64,000 bases of DNA from Candidatus Thorarchaeota archaeon. Its GTDB lineage: Archaea > Asgardarchaeota > Thorarchaeia > Thorarchaeales > Thorarchaeaceae. Under the pieces are notes generated by a model. That model was not told the origin of the DNA, ran no database searches, and was given only the letters and a program-made list of their open reading frames with translations. The position numbers were made by a program, and so were the translations under genes. Shown one piece after another: positions 63,307-64,000 of the stretch (the stretch's first letter is position 1; every line of letters starts with the position of its first letter). The stretch lies in the NCBI GenBank assembly GCA_963726195.1, contig CAVSBO010000003.1, forward strand, positions 480,001-544,000, given 5' to 3'.

Positions 63307-64000
63307 TCATCTGCTCTTCTTGAGCAGCTTGGGCAAGTAAGAGTCGAGGCGCCCCAGAGTATCCTGAATCACCTCGGTAGATACTGCATAACACAGTCTC
63401 AGGTATCCTTCTCCGTATTTCCCGAACCCTGAACCATGCACCAAGACTACGCCAGTGTCATCAAGAATCTTCACTGCTAAGTCGAAAGACTTCATCTTGT
63501 ACGCCGAAACGTCTGGGAAGACATAGAATGCTCCTCCAGGAGGGTCGACCTTGATGCCTTCGATTGACTGGAGACCTTTTGTGATGACGTCTCTTCGCTT
63601 TCTGAACGTATCGAGCATCGTCTTGACACAATCTTGGGGGCCGTTGACCGCGGCCTCGGCAGCTTTCTGGGAAATCGCTGTCGGCATCGACAGGATGTGC
63701 TCCTGCAGTCTGACCATTGCGGCAACTACCTCTTCTGGCCCGATTGCGAAACCTATTCTCCAGCCGGTCATCGCATAGCTCTTGGAGAACGAGAAGAGCG
63801 TCACAGTCCTTTCCTTCATACCGGGCAGAGAACCAATGAAGAGTGGCTTCTCTGTTCCGTACCGGAACTTCTCGTATGCTTCGTCAGCAAGCACGAAGAT
63901 GTTCTTCGCAATTGCCAACTCTGCTATCTTCTTGAGTTCCGAGCTGGGGATCGTGGCTCCAGTTGGGTTGTTTGGATAGTTGATGACAAGAAGCTTCGTC
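63307..64000 (-). CDS. PLP-dependent class I/II aminotransferase (5' end beyond the window)
   Basis: NYPNNPTG, DEAY, SFSKSYAMTGWRIG, GAFY, YLRL. Confidence 0.93.
   Translation of the reverse strand, partial: TKLLVINYPNNPTGATIPSSELKKIAELAIAKNIFVLADEAYEKFRYGTEKPLFIGSLPGMKERTVTLFSFSKSYAMTGWRIGFAIGPEEVVAAMVRLQEHILSMPTAISQKAAEAAVNGPQDCVKTMLDTFRKRRDVITKGLQSIEGIKVDPPGGAFYVFPDVSAYKMKSFDLAVKILDDTGVVLVHGSGFGKYGEGYLRLCYAVSTEVIQDTLGRLDSYLPKLLKKSR

Overview
Chromosomal window from an archaeon, most likely an Asgard lineage (Thorarchaeia-like). This is inferred from RadA, Topo VI, aRF1, archaeal PheS/PheT, CofE and a geranylgeranyl reductase co-occurring with two Rab-like small GTPases, a Roadblock/LC7 protein and several zinc-ribbon proteins. 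About 15 genes, including essential pheS, are broken by single-base indels, so the sequence looks like an unpolished long-read consensus and split ORFs are merged below. Two accessory stretches stand out: about 1-4.3 kb (OLD-family nuclease next to an atypical tRNA) and about 11.6-16 kb (HEPN-like ORF, methyltransferase, small ORFans). A non-autonomous IS607-type TnpB element lies at about 57.7-59 kb. Top leads: (1) a coiled-coil + Vps28-C-terminal-like protein between two paralogous Rab-like GTPases, one apparently fused to a membrane domain; (2) Topo VI A (Spo11 homolog) carrying two RadA/Rad51-N-like HhH domains; (3) a split, membrane-anchored Cas4-like nuclease; (4) a class-II-bodied tRNA with an Ile (GAU) anticodon; (5) an unannotated ~145-nt structured RNA candidate with its own TATA box; (6) a glycyl radical enzyme next to kdgK-eda. 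All family assignments come from motif recognition by eye; no searches were run.
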